In this document: positions 46,510-59,089 of the stretch, in pieces
Layout of the letters: every line of letters starts with the position of its first letter
How positions within the stretch are numbered: position 1 is the first letter of the stretch
Translations under genes and position numbers: made by a program
Origin: Octopus sinensis
Lineage: Eukaryota
Assembly: GCF_006345805.1 (NCBI RefSeq)
Contig: NC_043021.1
Span: 5,952,001-6,016,000 of the forward strand
Length of the DNA stretch: 64,000 nucleotides
Reading direction: 5' to 3'
The notes under the pieces: model-generated
Told to the model about the DNA's origin: nothing
Databases searched by the model: none
What the model saw: only the letters and a program-made list of their open reading frames with translations

Positions 46510-47320
46510 TATGATAGATAAGAAGTTAATGAAATTGTACTTAAGGCCCTAATATATGCAATGAATAAGGTGGAAATGACCAAGGATGAAGTTAAAGTAG
46601 TAAAAATGGCCAGAAAATCATTTATCAGGTATAATATTAAATTGTGGTCTAGGAAAGACACCAGGGATTTTTTGATATCCCTATGGGAGCACCGGATTCC
46701 GCACAGGTTACAGACTATTAGGGATTTACTTATTAGCAGAACTCCAATTAGAAAATTAATATATTGGAGGGTAAATAACAGGTATAACCCAACCTTACCA
46801 TAAAATTAACAAAAACCTGGAATATATTAATGCTAAGAGTAACCATCCACCTTCAATTAAGAAAGCATTAGCAAATAATATAGGGAATTTCATTACTCTC
46901 TTCCAACTAAGGGATATTCAATAAACATGCACCAAATTATAATGAAGCACTTCATAAGGCAGGATATAACAATAATATTTTAAAGAAAACAATAAATATA
47001 AGGACATATTTTCTAGCAATAAATTTGGAGTTGGTTATTCTACCACTAACGTTGGCAATATTTCATCCTTTAATAAATTTAAATATAATAAGTTTTATAA
47101 TAATAAATTAATACCTCCAATGGAGACCAGAATACAATTGATTGTAATTGTAGAGATAAGACTAAATGTAAATTTAATAAATGTAATGTTGAGGATGTAG
47201 TATATAAATGTATTGTGATTTTGAATGATAACAAATACTTACATAGGATCGACTTCCAATAAAACTAAATCACGGGTGGCCCAACATATGAATTCTTTTA
47301 AGAACAGAAATTTGGGCAAG
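46510..47320 (+). mobile_element. Degraded Penelope RT and GIY-YIG fragments
   Basis: KMARKSFI..KLWSRKDT, YINAKSNHPPSIKKAL, CNCRDKTKC..DVVYKCIV and YIGSTSN. Confidence 0.8.
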
Positions 47321-48093
47321 AGTTTTCTACTATAGCCTCAGGCTGACCAAGGCCTTGTGAATGGATTTGATAAATGGAAACTGAAAGAAGCCAGTCGTGA
47401 GTGTGTATTTATGCGTGCATGTCTGTGTTTGTCCCATCATTGCTTGACAAACGATGCTGGTGTGATTATGTCCCTGTAACTTAGCAATATGGCAAAAGAG
47501 ACCAAAAAAATAAGTATTAGGCTTTTACAAAAAATAAGGGGTCAATTCCATCGGCGAAAACCCTTTCAGGTGGTGCTCCAACATGGCTGCAGTGAAATGA
47601 TGAAATAGGTCATACAATAAAAGAATACGCAAATTTGGTCGATACTGGAACTGAATGTAAAGTGGTGGGAATAAGAGGAATGGGGATAATTATAGGAATA
47701 TTTTTTAGGAGTGGGGGAGGGGGTTAATTAGGTGAAAGAGGGCTGAAGAAGGGTAAGAGAGGATTTTATCATTAGAATAGTGGAAAAATTTTCAAAATTT
47801 AAATTAAACTAACACACAAGTGCATTTTTTAACACGCAAAATTCAACCATGAATCAGGACCGAAAATCTTGCCAGCCTGGCAGGGTTTGTGCGTGTCTTA
47901 TACAGAAATGGAGCATGCAAAATTTGTAGTCATAAAGGTTATAAACCTTATTACACAACAGACGGCATTTGAAAAGTAAAGGAAAAAAAAAAAAAAACAA
48001 AACAAAACAATAACAAACGGGATTCCAGAAACTTCCCTGCTGCTGTGAAGTATCAGACAAATGCTTGTAGACAACTCGGATAAAAACCTGGTT

Positions 48094-48174
48094 TCATTCT
48101 ATCTTGCTGTTCTCCATTTGTTTCGTACTCGGAATATAAACTTTAAAGGAGAAATTTGACCGTGAAAAGGATCC
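48094..48174 (-). CDS. POLE2: DNA polymerase epsilon subunit 2, last coding exon
   Basis: tttcag|GSFSRSNFSFKVYIPSTKQMENSKIE*. Matches the human POLE2 C-terminus GSFPRSGFSFKVFYPS as recalled. Confidence 0.93.
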   Translation of the reverse strand, partial: GSFSRSNFSFKVYIPSTKQMENSKIE

Positions 48175-48220
48175 CTGAAAATATAATTAAAAAACAATCA
48201 ATAAGTTGAAAATATGAAAC

Positions 48221-48612
48221 ATACTCTTTTACTTGTTTCAGCCATTTGACTGCGGCCATGCTGGAGCACCGCCTTTATTCGAGCAAATCGACCCCAGGAC
48301 TTATTCTTTTGGGAGCCCAGTACATATTCTATCGGTCTCTTTGCCGAACCGCTAAGTAACGGGGACATAAACACACCAGCATCGGTTGTCAAGCAATGCT
48401 AGGGGGACAAACACACACACGCATATATATATATATACATACATATATACGACGGGCTTCTTTCAGTTTCCGTCTACCAAATCCACTCACAAGGCTTTAG
48501 TCGGCCTGAGGCTATAGTAGAACACACTCACCCAAGGTGCCACGTAGTGGGACTGAACCCGGAACCATGTGGTTGGTAAACAAGCTACTTACCAAACAGC
48601 CACTCCTGCGCC
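48221..48612 (-). mobile_element. CORE-type SINE in the last POLE2 intron (further full copies: 49215-49601 minus, 51607-51985 plus; partial copies 52480-52790, 57640-57830, 59330-59520)
   Basis: Alignable by eye to 743-1117, with A and B boxes. Confidence 0.85.
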
Positions 48613-50259
48613 TTAATTCTGATTTCAAATTTTGACACAAGCCAACAATTTCAGGAAAGCGGGGTACTTAACTGGTACTTATTTTATCGACCCAAAGAGG
48701 ATGAAAGACAAACAGGACCTTGGCGGAATTTGAACTCAGAGAAGATGGACAAAATAGTGCTAAACATGTTGACCAGAGTGCTCATGATTCTCTTAGTTCA
48801 CCACCTTATACATATTAATTTTGACATGCAAAATAGGAACCAGTGTGGTGAAGAAGTTTACTCCCCAACCAAATGCTTTCAATTTCAGTCCCACTGTGCA
48901 ACACATTGGTTTCGCCTAACTATTGGAACGCTTTCCTTCCACAAGAAGTGGAAGAGCATGCATTCTAGTTTGGTGACGGTAGGGTCGGGAGAAGGCAGAC
49001 AGATACACACATATATGACGGACTTCTTTTGGTTTCCACATACCAAATCAACTTACAAAGCTTTGGTTGGTCTGAGGCTATAAGAAAAGGCACTTGCCCA
49101 AGGTGCCATGCAATGGGACTGAACCCAGGACCATGTGGTTGGGAAGCAAGCTTCCAACCACAGCCACACCTGCACTATATGCAAACATTTTCATTAAGAT
49201 GTTTTCTGCTATGATATACTCTTTTACTCGTTTCAGTCATTTGACTGCGGCCATGCTGGAGCACCGCCTTTAGTCGAGCAAATCGACCCCGGGACTTATT
49301 CTTTGTAAGCCCAGTACTTATTCTATCGGTCTCTTTTGCCGAACCGCTAAGTGACGGGGACGTAAACACACCAGCATTGGTTGTCAAGCAATGCTAGGGG
49401 GACAAACATAGACACACAAACACATACATACATATATACGACAGGCTTCTTTCAGTTTCCGTCTACCAAATCCACTCACAAGGCATTGGTCGGCCCGGGG
49501 CTATAGCAGAAGACATTTGCCCAAAATGCCACGCAGTGGGACTGAACCCGGAACCATGTGGTTGGTTAGCAAGCTCCTTACCACACAGCCACTCCTGCGC
49601 CTATGGATGTTTTCCTTAAAAAAAAAGTCCTCAAATACTCCATGCAGCCTCTGTGTGTGTGTGTCATGGACTCTCCCATTGTTAGATGATTTACGAGGGT
49701 TTGGCAATTTCTTGCCAAACAACCACACATGATTTGTTTATAGTGATCAAATGCTTGTGTTCACACAAGCTCTCTCCCTCCATCATATGGACATTACCTG
49801 CACAGGTGAACCCTGTGCCACATGACGAAATGATCGCAGAGCAACATATAATGAAGTGCTTTGCTCAAGAACACAATGCAACGTGCCGTCTGGGAATCGA
49901 ACCCACAATCTCGCAATATATATATAAGATATAAATAATGGTAATTACATATTTTTATTGCAGTAAATTTGACTTACAGCCGTTTCCAGTAATCATTATA
50001 GTTACATTATTGATAGATAGATAGATTTGCTTAATCAGTCCACTGATTTGTTGGGAAAAATTGAACAACCTAAAAAATTAATACTACTTTTGTCTGAGTC
50101 ATTTCTGGTTATCTGATCAAATGATTTTCTTTTGTTAATCTGACATGAATTCACGTCTCCTAATCACGAGATTTCTACTAGAGGTCTTTGTGGACAACCT
50201 ATCAATAACAAACCTATAATGACTACTGGAAACAGATGTATGGCAAACTTACTGCAATA

Positions 50260-50745
50260 TCTCCTCAAAGACATACAGCATCTCGAAAGAGTCCAGAAGC
50301 TGGCTACCCGCATGGTTCATGGTCTCAAAAATTTGTCTTATGAAGAAAGGCTGAGGACGCTCGACCTTTATTCTCTAGAAAAAGGCCGCCACCGTGGTGA
50401 TCTCATTCTCACTCACAACATCATAAGCGGAAAGTGTAACCTCTCGAAAGAGCTGTTCTTCACTCCTGCTCCAGAGCGTCGGCTGCGGGGTCATTCCGAA
50501 AAGCTCTACCTGCGCCGATTTCATCTCAATCGAAGGAGAGGAGCTTTCTCTGTCCGGGTTGCGGATCCGTGGAACAAGCTGCCAGACGAGATGGTGAAGA
50601 TGCCGACGACCGCTTTGTTCAGAGTCTCCCTTGACCTCAAGTGGCCTGAACTCTTTACATGAACACCACCCTGTACTTAACTCCATGTCCCCCTACATGG
50701 CCTTGCTATTTGCTTTTGAGCCAAATTAACTAACTAACTAACTAA
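50260..50745 (+). mobile_element. CR1-type LINE 3' end (other copies 55444-55627, nested in a SINE, and 62459-62905)
   Basis: LERVQKLATRMV..LSYEERL..LYSLEK..RGDLI..LRGHSEKL..FSVRVADPWNKLP, then a (TAAC)n tail. Confidence 0.9.
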
Positions 50746-51027
50746 AGGAAAATTATGCAACGACCATTATTTAAAACTTGTTTTGTGTATCACTGTGTAA
50801 AAGACCAGTATAACCAGAGCACAACCACAAATTTACAAAATAGAATGGTGATGAACTATAACCTCAAACTCTGCCACAAGAATACACAGAGTTCTTTACA
50901 ATACTGTTAGCCTGGTGTTCTAACAGAGAGCTTATAAAGTATTTTGATAATTCCCCACTAATAACTCATGTGTGTGTGTAAGGTGGAAAGCCTGTGAGAT
51001 AAATACACAACAAAACAGAAAACTTAA

Positions 51028-51248
51028 CCCTTTCGATACCAACTCGGATGAAACCGCCTCTAACTCTGTAGTACAAATGTCTTGTTTTCAAAAGTTCTGA
51101 ATTAAAATCTGCCATCAAACCTTAGTCACAATTTATGTTCCTAACACTAGCTTAATGATAACTAAGTTATTTTACTAAATTCATTGTTATATTTAAAATA
51201 ATTGAAAGAACTACAGAGCACCTCAAAATAAATACGGTAACGAAAGGG
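51028..51248. mobile_element. piggyBac-type MITE
   Basis: TTAA TSD at 51024-27 and 51249-52. TIRs CCCTTTCGATACC / GGTAACGAAAGGG. Confidence 0.88.
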
Positions 51249-51264
51249 TTAATGTGTTACTTAC

Positions 51265-51441
51265 GGGATTTGTTATGATGCAGTCAAGAGAATTTACTGT
51301 GAAACCATCGTATTTGCCAGCGCATACAAGTAGATCTGGCAAGGGATAGAGTTGCAAGCCACAGTCATAGGCCCAATAAACTGGACATACATGAAGTGGT
51401 AGTGGACAGAGGTGACCCTGGGACACTATAGTTTTAGCAAA
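51265..51441 (-). CDS. POLE2: POLE2 exon
   Basis: ttttacag|[59 protein letters not shown]|gtaagt; 177 nt, phase 0-0. Confidence 0.96.
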
Positions 51442-53505
51442 CTGTAAAATGAAGAAATAAATAATGGTCAGAAATCAGATTATATATATATTTACATACG
51501 AAGGAAGGAATGTCTCAAGAAATCCTGTCCAACACATAAACTTTGAAAAATGGACATAAAAACAATATTATAAAGCTGATTATGCAAACACAATAAGACT
51601 GAATCAGCGTAGGAGTGGCTGTGTGGTAAGTAGCTTGCTTACGAATCACATGGTTCCGGGTTCAGTCCCACTGCGTGGCACCTTGGGCAAGTGTCTTCTA
51701 CTATAGCCTCGGGCCGACCAAAGCCTTGTGAGTGGATTTGGTAGACGGAAACTGAAAAGAAGCCCATCATATATATGTGTGTGTGGGTGTGTGTGTTTGT
51801 CCCACCAACATCGCTTGAGAACCAATGCTTGTGTTTACGTCCCTGTAACTTAGTGGTTCGGCAAAAGAGACCGATAGAATAAGTACTGGGCTTACAAAGA
51901 ATAAGTCCTGGGGTCGATTTGCTCAACTAAAGGCGGTGCTCCAGCATGGCCACAGTCAAATGACAAACAAATAAAAGAGTAAAGAGAGCATCATCATCAT
52001 TGTACCTCTACTTTTACATGCTTGTATGAACAGACAGAGTTTATCGAAGCAAATTTTCTATGTCCAGATACCGTTCCTCTTGCGAAGCTATTTCATTCAG
52101 TTTTATTTTTATGGTACACCTATCTTAAGCGCATTAAGTTCGACTGATAGATAATTCAGTAATTTGTACAATTCTACTATATTTTGACAAATTAAACTTA
52201 AATGTTGAAGTGAATTGAACGGCTTTTGTGTTTCTTAAATGGCTTACAAACACCTTCCTCGCTGCAATTGTTTTCGTTTCAGCACACGATCTCAGATCAA
52301 ATTACTTGCTATGCAAGTACATCTCCGTAAATCTATATTAAGATTTTGTTGTAAACTCATTTTCTATGCTGGTGTTTAAACAAAACTTTAATAATTTTAC
52401 ATTTTGATAAATTTACCTATAACGAGATAAAAATTATGAAAAAGATTTGGTTAAGAGCCTTTTGTTAAATTACTCTCATTTACTTGTTTCAGTCATTTGA
52501 CTGTGGCCATGCTGGAGCACATCAATATATATATACACATACATACATGGTCCAACCCATGCTAGCATGGAAAGCGGACGTTAAACGATGATGATAACAT
52601 ACATACATATATACACACACACACACGATGGACTTCTTTCAGTTTCCATCTACCAAATCCACTCATGGCTTTGGTCGGCCCGAGTCTATAATAAAAGACA
52701 CTTGCCCAAGGTGCCATGCAGTGGGACTGAACCCGGAACCATGTGATTCGTAAGCAAGCTACTTACCACACAGCCACTCTTACGCCTGTTTAAAAAAAAG
52801 AAATCACATTTGTATGTTCACAGATACAAAAGTTAGTTGTTTTATTAAACCAGTCTAAATTCACGATTATTTAAATGAAACACATAAGGGGCATATTTTG
52901 GTTAGAAATATAGCAACGAAAGGGTCAAGAGAACCCGCCACCCCACACGCCCCCCAAAAAAATGGCACATAGTAAAATTGAATCCATGAGTTGTTAGTTC
53001 TTTCCTTTATTTTAAGATGCCATTCACAAATCAATTTCAATTATAGTCAGCAGAAATCATCATCATCATCATTTAGCATTCGCTTTCCATGCTAGCATGG
53101 GTTGGACGGTTCAACTGGGGTCTGGAAAGCCAGAAGGCTGCACCAGGCCTAGTCTGATCTGGCAATGTTTCTACGGGCTGGATGCCCTTCCTAACACCAA
53201 CCACTCCGTGAGTGTAGTGGGTGCTTTTTACGTGCCACCCAGCACAGGTGCCAGACGGAGCTGAGCAGTTTATTGATGGAAGTGAGAAAAGCAATACCAC
53301 TCCAGTTATCATCATCATCGTTTAGCGTCCGCTTCCCATGCTAGCATGGGTTGGACGGTTCAACTGGGGTCTGGAAAGCCAGAAGGCTGCACCAGGCCCC
53401 AGTCTGAACTGGCAATGTTTCTACGGGCTGGATGCCCTTCCTAACGCCAACCACTCCGTGGGTGTAGTGGGTGCTTTTTACGTAAGATATGAGAGAAATA
53501 CTTAC

Positions 53506-53689
53506 ATGAGTAGGTACATCACCAGAGGTAGGGAATCTGATACAGCTGCGACAAAGCTTGGTAACAATATCTTCTCGAAAGACAACAATCTCTTGTGTGC
53601 AGTATTGGATCCGACAAGGATTGCTGGTGAATATTGCATGAGGGATTTTCTTCCGGAAATATTCTGTGATAGAGTTGGGAATCGCAGGT
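53506..53689 (-). CDS. POLE2: POLE2 exon
   Basis: ttgcag|(R)PAIPNSITEYFRKKIPHAIFTSNPCRIQYCTQEIVVFREDIVTKLCRSCIRFPTSGDVPTH|gtaagt; 184 nt, phase 2-0. Confidence 0.96.
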
Positions 53690-55971
53690 CTGCAAATCAA
53701 AAGGCAAAGAAATGTGAAAGATTCCATAAAGACACAGGTTGTGTGGTGGTTAAGAAGCCCACTTTACAAGTATAAGGTTTTGGGTTCAGTCCCACTGCAC
53801 AGCATCTCGGGTAAGTGTGGTCTACTAACCCTCAGGTAGGCTAATGCCTTGTCAGTGAATGTGGTAGGTAGAAAATGTATGGAAGCCTACTGTCACTTGA
53901 CAACCGGTGTTGGTTTGTTTACATCCCTGTAACATAGCAGTGTAGCAAAAGAGGCTAATAGTATGAGTAATAGACTGAGAAATATATAGTGTGTTCAATT
54001 TGCCTGACTAAACACTTCAAGTAGTACCCCACTATGGTCACAGTCCAATGACCAATACAAGTAAAAGATAAAACAAAAAGAAAATAAAAAAAGAGAAAAG
54101 TTAAACATGGGTGTAAGGTATGGTCATACAGCTAAGAAGTTCACTTCTCAACTAAGTGGTTCTATGTTTGGCCCCACTGTGGAGTACTTTCTGCCAGAAC
54201 CGTGGGTGGACTGATATTTTGTGGAATAGAATTTGGTAGAAGGAAGCAATGCAAAAACCTGGTGCCTGTGTGTTTGTGTGTATCAATGTGTTAGAAAGAT
54301 TATATATTGTTCAGCACCAATTGAAATACGTGGTTAAACAAAAGCATTGTAGTCACAACCATCAATCACCTCACAGGAATACTTTAACATATATGCCATT
54401 ATTTAACCCTTTAGCATTTAAACTAGCCATACCCGGTTAAAAATTCTATCTTATGTACAAACTGGCCAGATCCAGCCTCTCACACCTACCCTACAATGTC
54501 ATTCCAAAAATTATCACATCACTGAAATTTCCAAGATATCAGATCATGCCGGATTAATTTTATAAAATGTGAATAAATATTACATTTGATAGAGTAATCA
54601 TGATCATCATCATCATTTAGCGTCCGCTTTCCATGCTAGCATGGGTTGGACGGTTCAACTGGGGTCTGTGAAGCCAGAAGGCTGCATCAGGCCCAGTCTG
54701 AATCTAGCAGTATTTCTACGGCTGGTTCCCCTTCCTAATGCCAACCACTCCGTGAGTGTAGTGGGTGCTTTTTACGTGCCAGTAATCTGAATGCTAAAAT
54801 GTTAAGACAATACAGGTGTGGTTTGAGGGAGATTTAGCTGCATTTTCTAACAGGTTGTCCTCCTCACCATCATTTAACATCTACCTTCCATCAACATGTG
54901 TGCTTGAAAATGAAGAAAATTTATTTGGTGTTTCCTAACCTTTTTTCCATGTAATACCCCAGGATGGCTTTGAATATAAAATCGTCTTAGTGTTTCCTTT
55001 GTTTTAACCATTTAAACCAACCATATCCAGCCCAAATATTCTACTTGTTTTATATTCAAACAGTCAAGATCTGGCCTCTTACACCTACCCTATAATGCCA
55101 TTGTCAAAATATACAATCACATCATCAAAATCTTAAAACAATGAGATAATGCATGAGAATTCAAACTGATGTTAATAAGCATCAGGTATCACAACTACAA
55201 TTTCAATTTTTGTTTTCCCCATCAACATCAAATTAAAAATCAAATGGAAATTGTAGTTGTGATACCTGTGTCCGTGGCACGTAAAAAGCACCATCCGAAC
55301 GTGGCCAATGCCTGCACTGCCTTGACTGGCTTCTGTGCCGGTCGCACGTAAAAAGCACCCACTACACTCACGGAGTGGTTGGCATTAGGAAGGGCATCCA
55401 GCTGTAGAAACACTACCAGATCAGACTGGAGCCTGGTGCAGCCGTCCGGGTTGCGGATCCATGGAACAAGCTGCCAGACGAGATGGTGAAGATGCTGACG
55501 ACCGCTTTGTTCAAAGCCTCCCTTGACCTCAAGTGGCCTGAACTCTTTACATGAACACCACCCTGTACTTAACTCCATGTCCCCCTACATGGCCTTGCTA
55601 TTTGCTATTGAGCCAAATTAACTAACTGGTTTCCCAGACCCCGGTTGAACAGTCCAACCCGTGCTAGCATGGAAAACGGACGTTAAACAATGATGATGAT
55701 GATGTAAATAAAGAAGAAATTGCATTTGATAGCTGCTTATTTCTTCACATCGTTATGTGAATGACAATGAGAATATGCAACTATGCAATTTCTGTGAAAT
55801 TGCATGACACAACTATGTGAATGCTAAAAGGTTATCAACAATACTCTACTGTGAATCAATGCTAAGAGACAATGATGCAACAATGCTACACAAATTCTAT
55901 GATGTGTGAAGCTATGTGGCACATCTTTCACAGTATATACCATCATTTGATAGAAAGTATGAGATACTTAC

Positions 55972-56086
55972 CGAGGAAGTATGTTTGTAGGTCCTGGGTC
56001 CAATGGACCAGGGACAAATATGAACCTACAACAGTCCTTAAGATTCTGGTATTTGCAGATTATATCACACAATTCAATAAACGATT
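55972..56086 (-). CDS. POLE2: POLE2 exon
   Basis: tttcag|(E)SFIELCDIICKYQNLKDCCRFIFVPGPLDPGPTNILP(R)|gtaagt; 115 nt, phase 1-2. Confidence 0.95.
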
Positions 56087-56606
56087 CTGAAACAACAATA
56101 CAAGATATGTTTTATTATTATTATTACTGATAATATAACGGAGTGGTGGCAAAAGAGCAAACAGTAGTATTTCATTATCCTTTTAGCATTCAAACTGACC
56201 ATATCCTGTTCTGGATGAAAGGCAAAATATAAACAGTACGATAGAATTTGCCTTTTATATATATATATATGGTCTTCAACAGTTAAAACACATCTATTAG
56301 CTGAGGGGAGGATGTAGCTAGAAGGGGTAAAATATCTATAGAAAGGGAGGAAAAGGGGGTGATATGTGGACATGAGATGAAAAGAAATACGAGGTGAAAC
56401 TAAATCAGAATAAGGCTTAACGAAATAAAATAGAAACATTGATGCATGGAATTTTTAAAAGAAAAGCCCTTAAACTGAAATGTCTTAACTGAAGAGATGA
56501 AGTCCCTTTTTATCTATTGCATAATGATCTGAAACATGCATATTAAATGCATTCAAAATATCATTCCTTGATTTGACTTTATTATTATTATACATATATA
56601 GGAATA

Positions 56607-56949
56607 CTAGCAGTATCGCTTGGCGTTGCTCGGGTTTGTAAGGGAAATAACTATATAAGCATTTTTAGAGAGTTATAGCCAAAAAATGCATTTTTTAAAT
56701 CGTTGACTCTTGTAGACATTTTTAGAGAGTTACTTCCCTTATATAATAGCGAAAAAAATGCATTAAAATGAAAAAAAATTAGTAAAATTTTTTTAAAATC
56801 GTAGATGCATGATAATACCCAGAAGGGCTCAATATGAATCACGACTATAAGATACCCGGTTTTGGTTACACTGCACAGCAAAATGTGGGAGTAGTTAGGA
56901 ATCTAAATCGTAGAAAACAGACACACAACCTTACTTTTATATATAAAGA
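56607..56949 (-). mobile_element. Non-autonomous Helitron-like element
   Basis: Minus strand TC...CCCGAGCAACGCCAAGCGATACTGCTAG. Sister of 105-379. Confidence 0.78.
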
Positions 56950-57033
56950 TATATATATTTCAATTAACAATCAGTGTTCATGCATTAGCATATCTGTACC
57001 ACAGATGCAAGGCTGAAAAAGACTATATATTAC

Positions 57034-57154
57034 CTCGAAGTATTTTAGTGTGATTGGCCTGGTGACACAGTGACGTGAAGTTACCACAAAACACAAATGC
57101 AACAGGGGGGTGTTCAGAATAACCACTAAACAACACCTTTAATTTGTCGACCAC
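57034..57154 (-). CDS. POLE2: POLE2 exon
   Basis: tttttag|VVDKLKVLFSGYSEHPPVAFVFCGNFTSLCHQANHTKILR(E)|gtaata; 121 nt, phase 0-1. Confidence 0.94.
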
Positions 57155-58213
57155 CTAAAAACCAAAAACAAGTAAATAAATCACAATTTCTAACATAAGT
57201 ACAAGGATCTAAATTTTGAAGATAGAGATATAAAAAAATTAAGCTAGCACCAGAATAGGGAGTGCTCTTTTAGTAAATCACAACAGAATATCACTTCAGA
57301 AAGGAACTGAATAGAAAACTTTCGTCCACTACTTTATTAATTTGTCAATACAGTTAATTCTAACATTGTTCCTGTAACATTTAATTTTTTTTATCTTTTA
57401 CTGGTTTCAGTCATTGGACTGCAGCCATCATCACCACAGGTTTAGCAGGAAAAAAAATGGTCACACTACTTATTGTCCTTAAGGTCATTATTATATTATT
57501 AGATTAAGGCAAATTTCCTACGGCCAAATGCCATCCTGTTGTCAACCCTCATGTTTCTCAGGAAAGTAATATTTCCCCATAACCAGACGTTTCCATTGAA
57601 GATTGGAAACGAAGGACACTGCTTGTATGACAGTGACACTCATTTACAACTATCACGTGAAGTCAAGACAAGGAGACAGTCGCACACATAATATGCACAT
57701 ACACAATGGTCTTCTTTCAATTTCCATCTACCAAATCTATTCACAAGACTTTGAATAGCCAAAGTGCCACGCAGTGGGATTGAACCTAAAACCATGTGGT
57801 CAAAAAGCAAACTGTTACCATAGAGTGACACCTGCAAATTTTAAAAAGTAAACCAAAGAGAGAGTTGCTAACCTTGCAAGAAATAGCATCCAAATTTTCC
57901 TTTAAATCACAATCTTATCGTTAACCCATTAGCACTGAGATTACTCTGTCAAATGTAATATCTATTCATTCACGTTGTTGTGAATTAATCATGCATTAAC
58001 TTGCAGCTTCAAGATTTTGGTGGTGTGATTGTTTTATTTGTAGAATGCTGCAAGAGGCTGGTCTGTGCCAGTTACAGCATAAAGCAGAATACATGGGCTG
58101 AATTTGGATGGTTTGAATGCTGAAGGGCTAAAAAATAACACACTGAAATGCTTTTTATTTCGGTGCCGCAGCATGGCCGCGACCTTCGGGCCAAAACATT
58201 TTTAAGGATTTAA

Positions 58214-58432
58214 CCCTTTAGTGTTCAGATTATTCAATCAAACATAATGCCTATTGATTCCCATTGATTTGAATTAATCATGCATTATCTCATATCTTCA
58301 AGATCTTGATGGTGTAATTACCTAATGTAGAATAACATTGTAGGGTAGGTGTGAGGGCCTGAATCTGGTCAGTTTGAACATAAAACAGATTAGCTATTTT
58401 GGCCAGATATGGCCGGTTTAAATACTAAAGGG
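58214..58432. mobile_element. piggyBac-type MITE (related degraded copies near 54408-54800 and 57925-58130)
   Basis: TTAA TSD at 58210-13 and 58433-36. TIRs CCCTTTAG / CTAAAGGG. Confidence 0.85.
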
Positions 58433-58446
58433 TTAAGGATATATAT

Positions 58447-58826
58447 GAGCAAAAAAAACCCCCGTACAATGGACGGCGCTGAGTTGTCAAACATTTAAAC
58501 CAAATTTTCTCAAAACAACTTCTCCGGCCGTCCCATAGGCCTCCCCTCTGAGAAACACTGATTTAACCCAAATTTGAGACACCAGCTAACGAAGAAATAA
58601 AGATAGACTTTTTTTTCTATTCCGAGAAAAACGATTTTACAAATGCACGTTCCCACAGCTTTATCGATCGCATTCTCACCTGGAATCGATTTTTGTGATT
58701 TTTTCAACACTTATACATGCGCTGATACTGTTGGTATCTACATATCAAATTTGAGCGCAATCGGATGAAGGATGCTCAAGATCCTAGAAGACACACACAC
58801 AGACAGAACGGATTTTATATAATAGA
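58447..58826 (-). mobile_element. Probable non-autonomous Helitron-like element (second family)
   Basis: The minus strand starts TCTATTATATAAAATCCG followed by a (TG)-rich tract. The 3' CTAG end is degenerate. Confidence 0.5.
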
Positions 58827-58947
58827 TAATTCGGTGTGAATGGTTTTGTTATAGGCCACTGTATTTTACAATCTTGTAAATAACAATAATGGTATTTTTA
58901 TATAAGCTTAGAGCTTATGGCAATCACTGTTGGGGTTGTATACTTAC

Positions 58948-59089
58948 TTTTGGCTCATCTAACCAAACGTCAGACAGAAAGACAAACATGGACTCTTGAT
59001 TTTCGACTTCAAGGTGACGTAGCTTGTCTGAAGCCTTAGCACAGGTTTTGAGAGGACCTCCAAAAAAGTTGATGTTGCCAAAATAGGAC
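58948..59089 (-). CDS. POLE2: POLE2 exon
   Basis: ttgcag|(R)[47 protein letters not shown]|gtaagt; 142 nt, phase 2-0. Confidence 0.96.

Noticed and set aside
51310-51325. POLE2 AGKYD where vertebrates have ADKYD
   Set aside because: A single substitution in a catalytically inactive domain. It could be lineage variation or a base error, and A-to-I editing cannot restore Asp.
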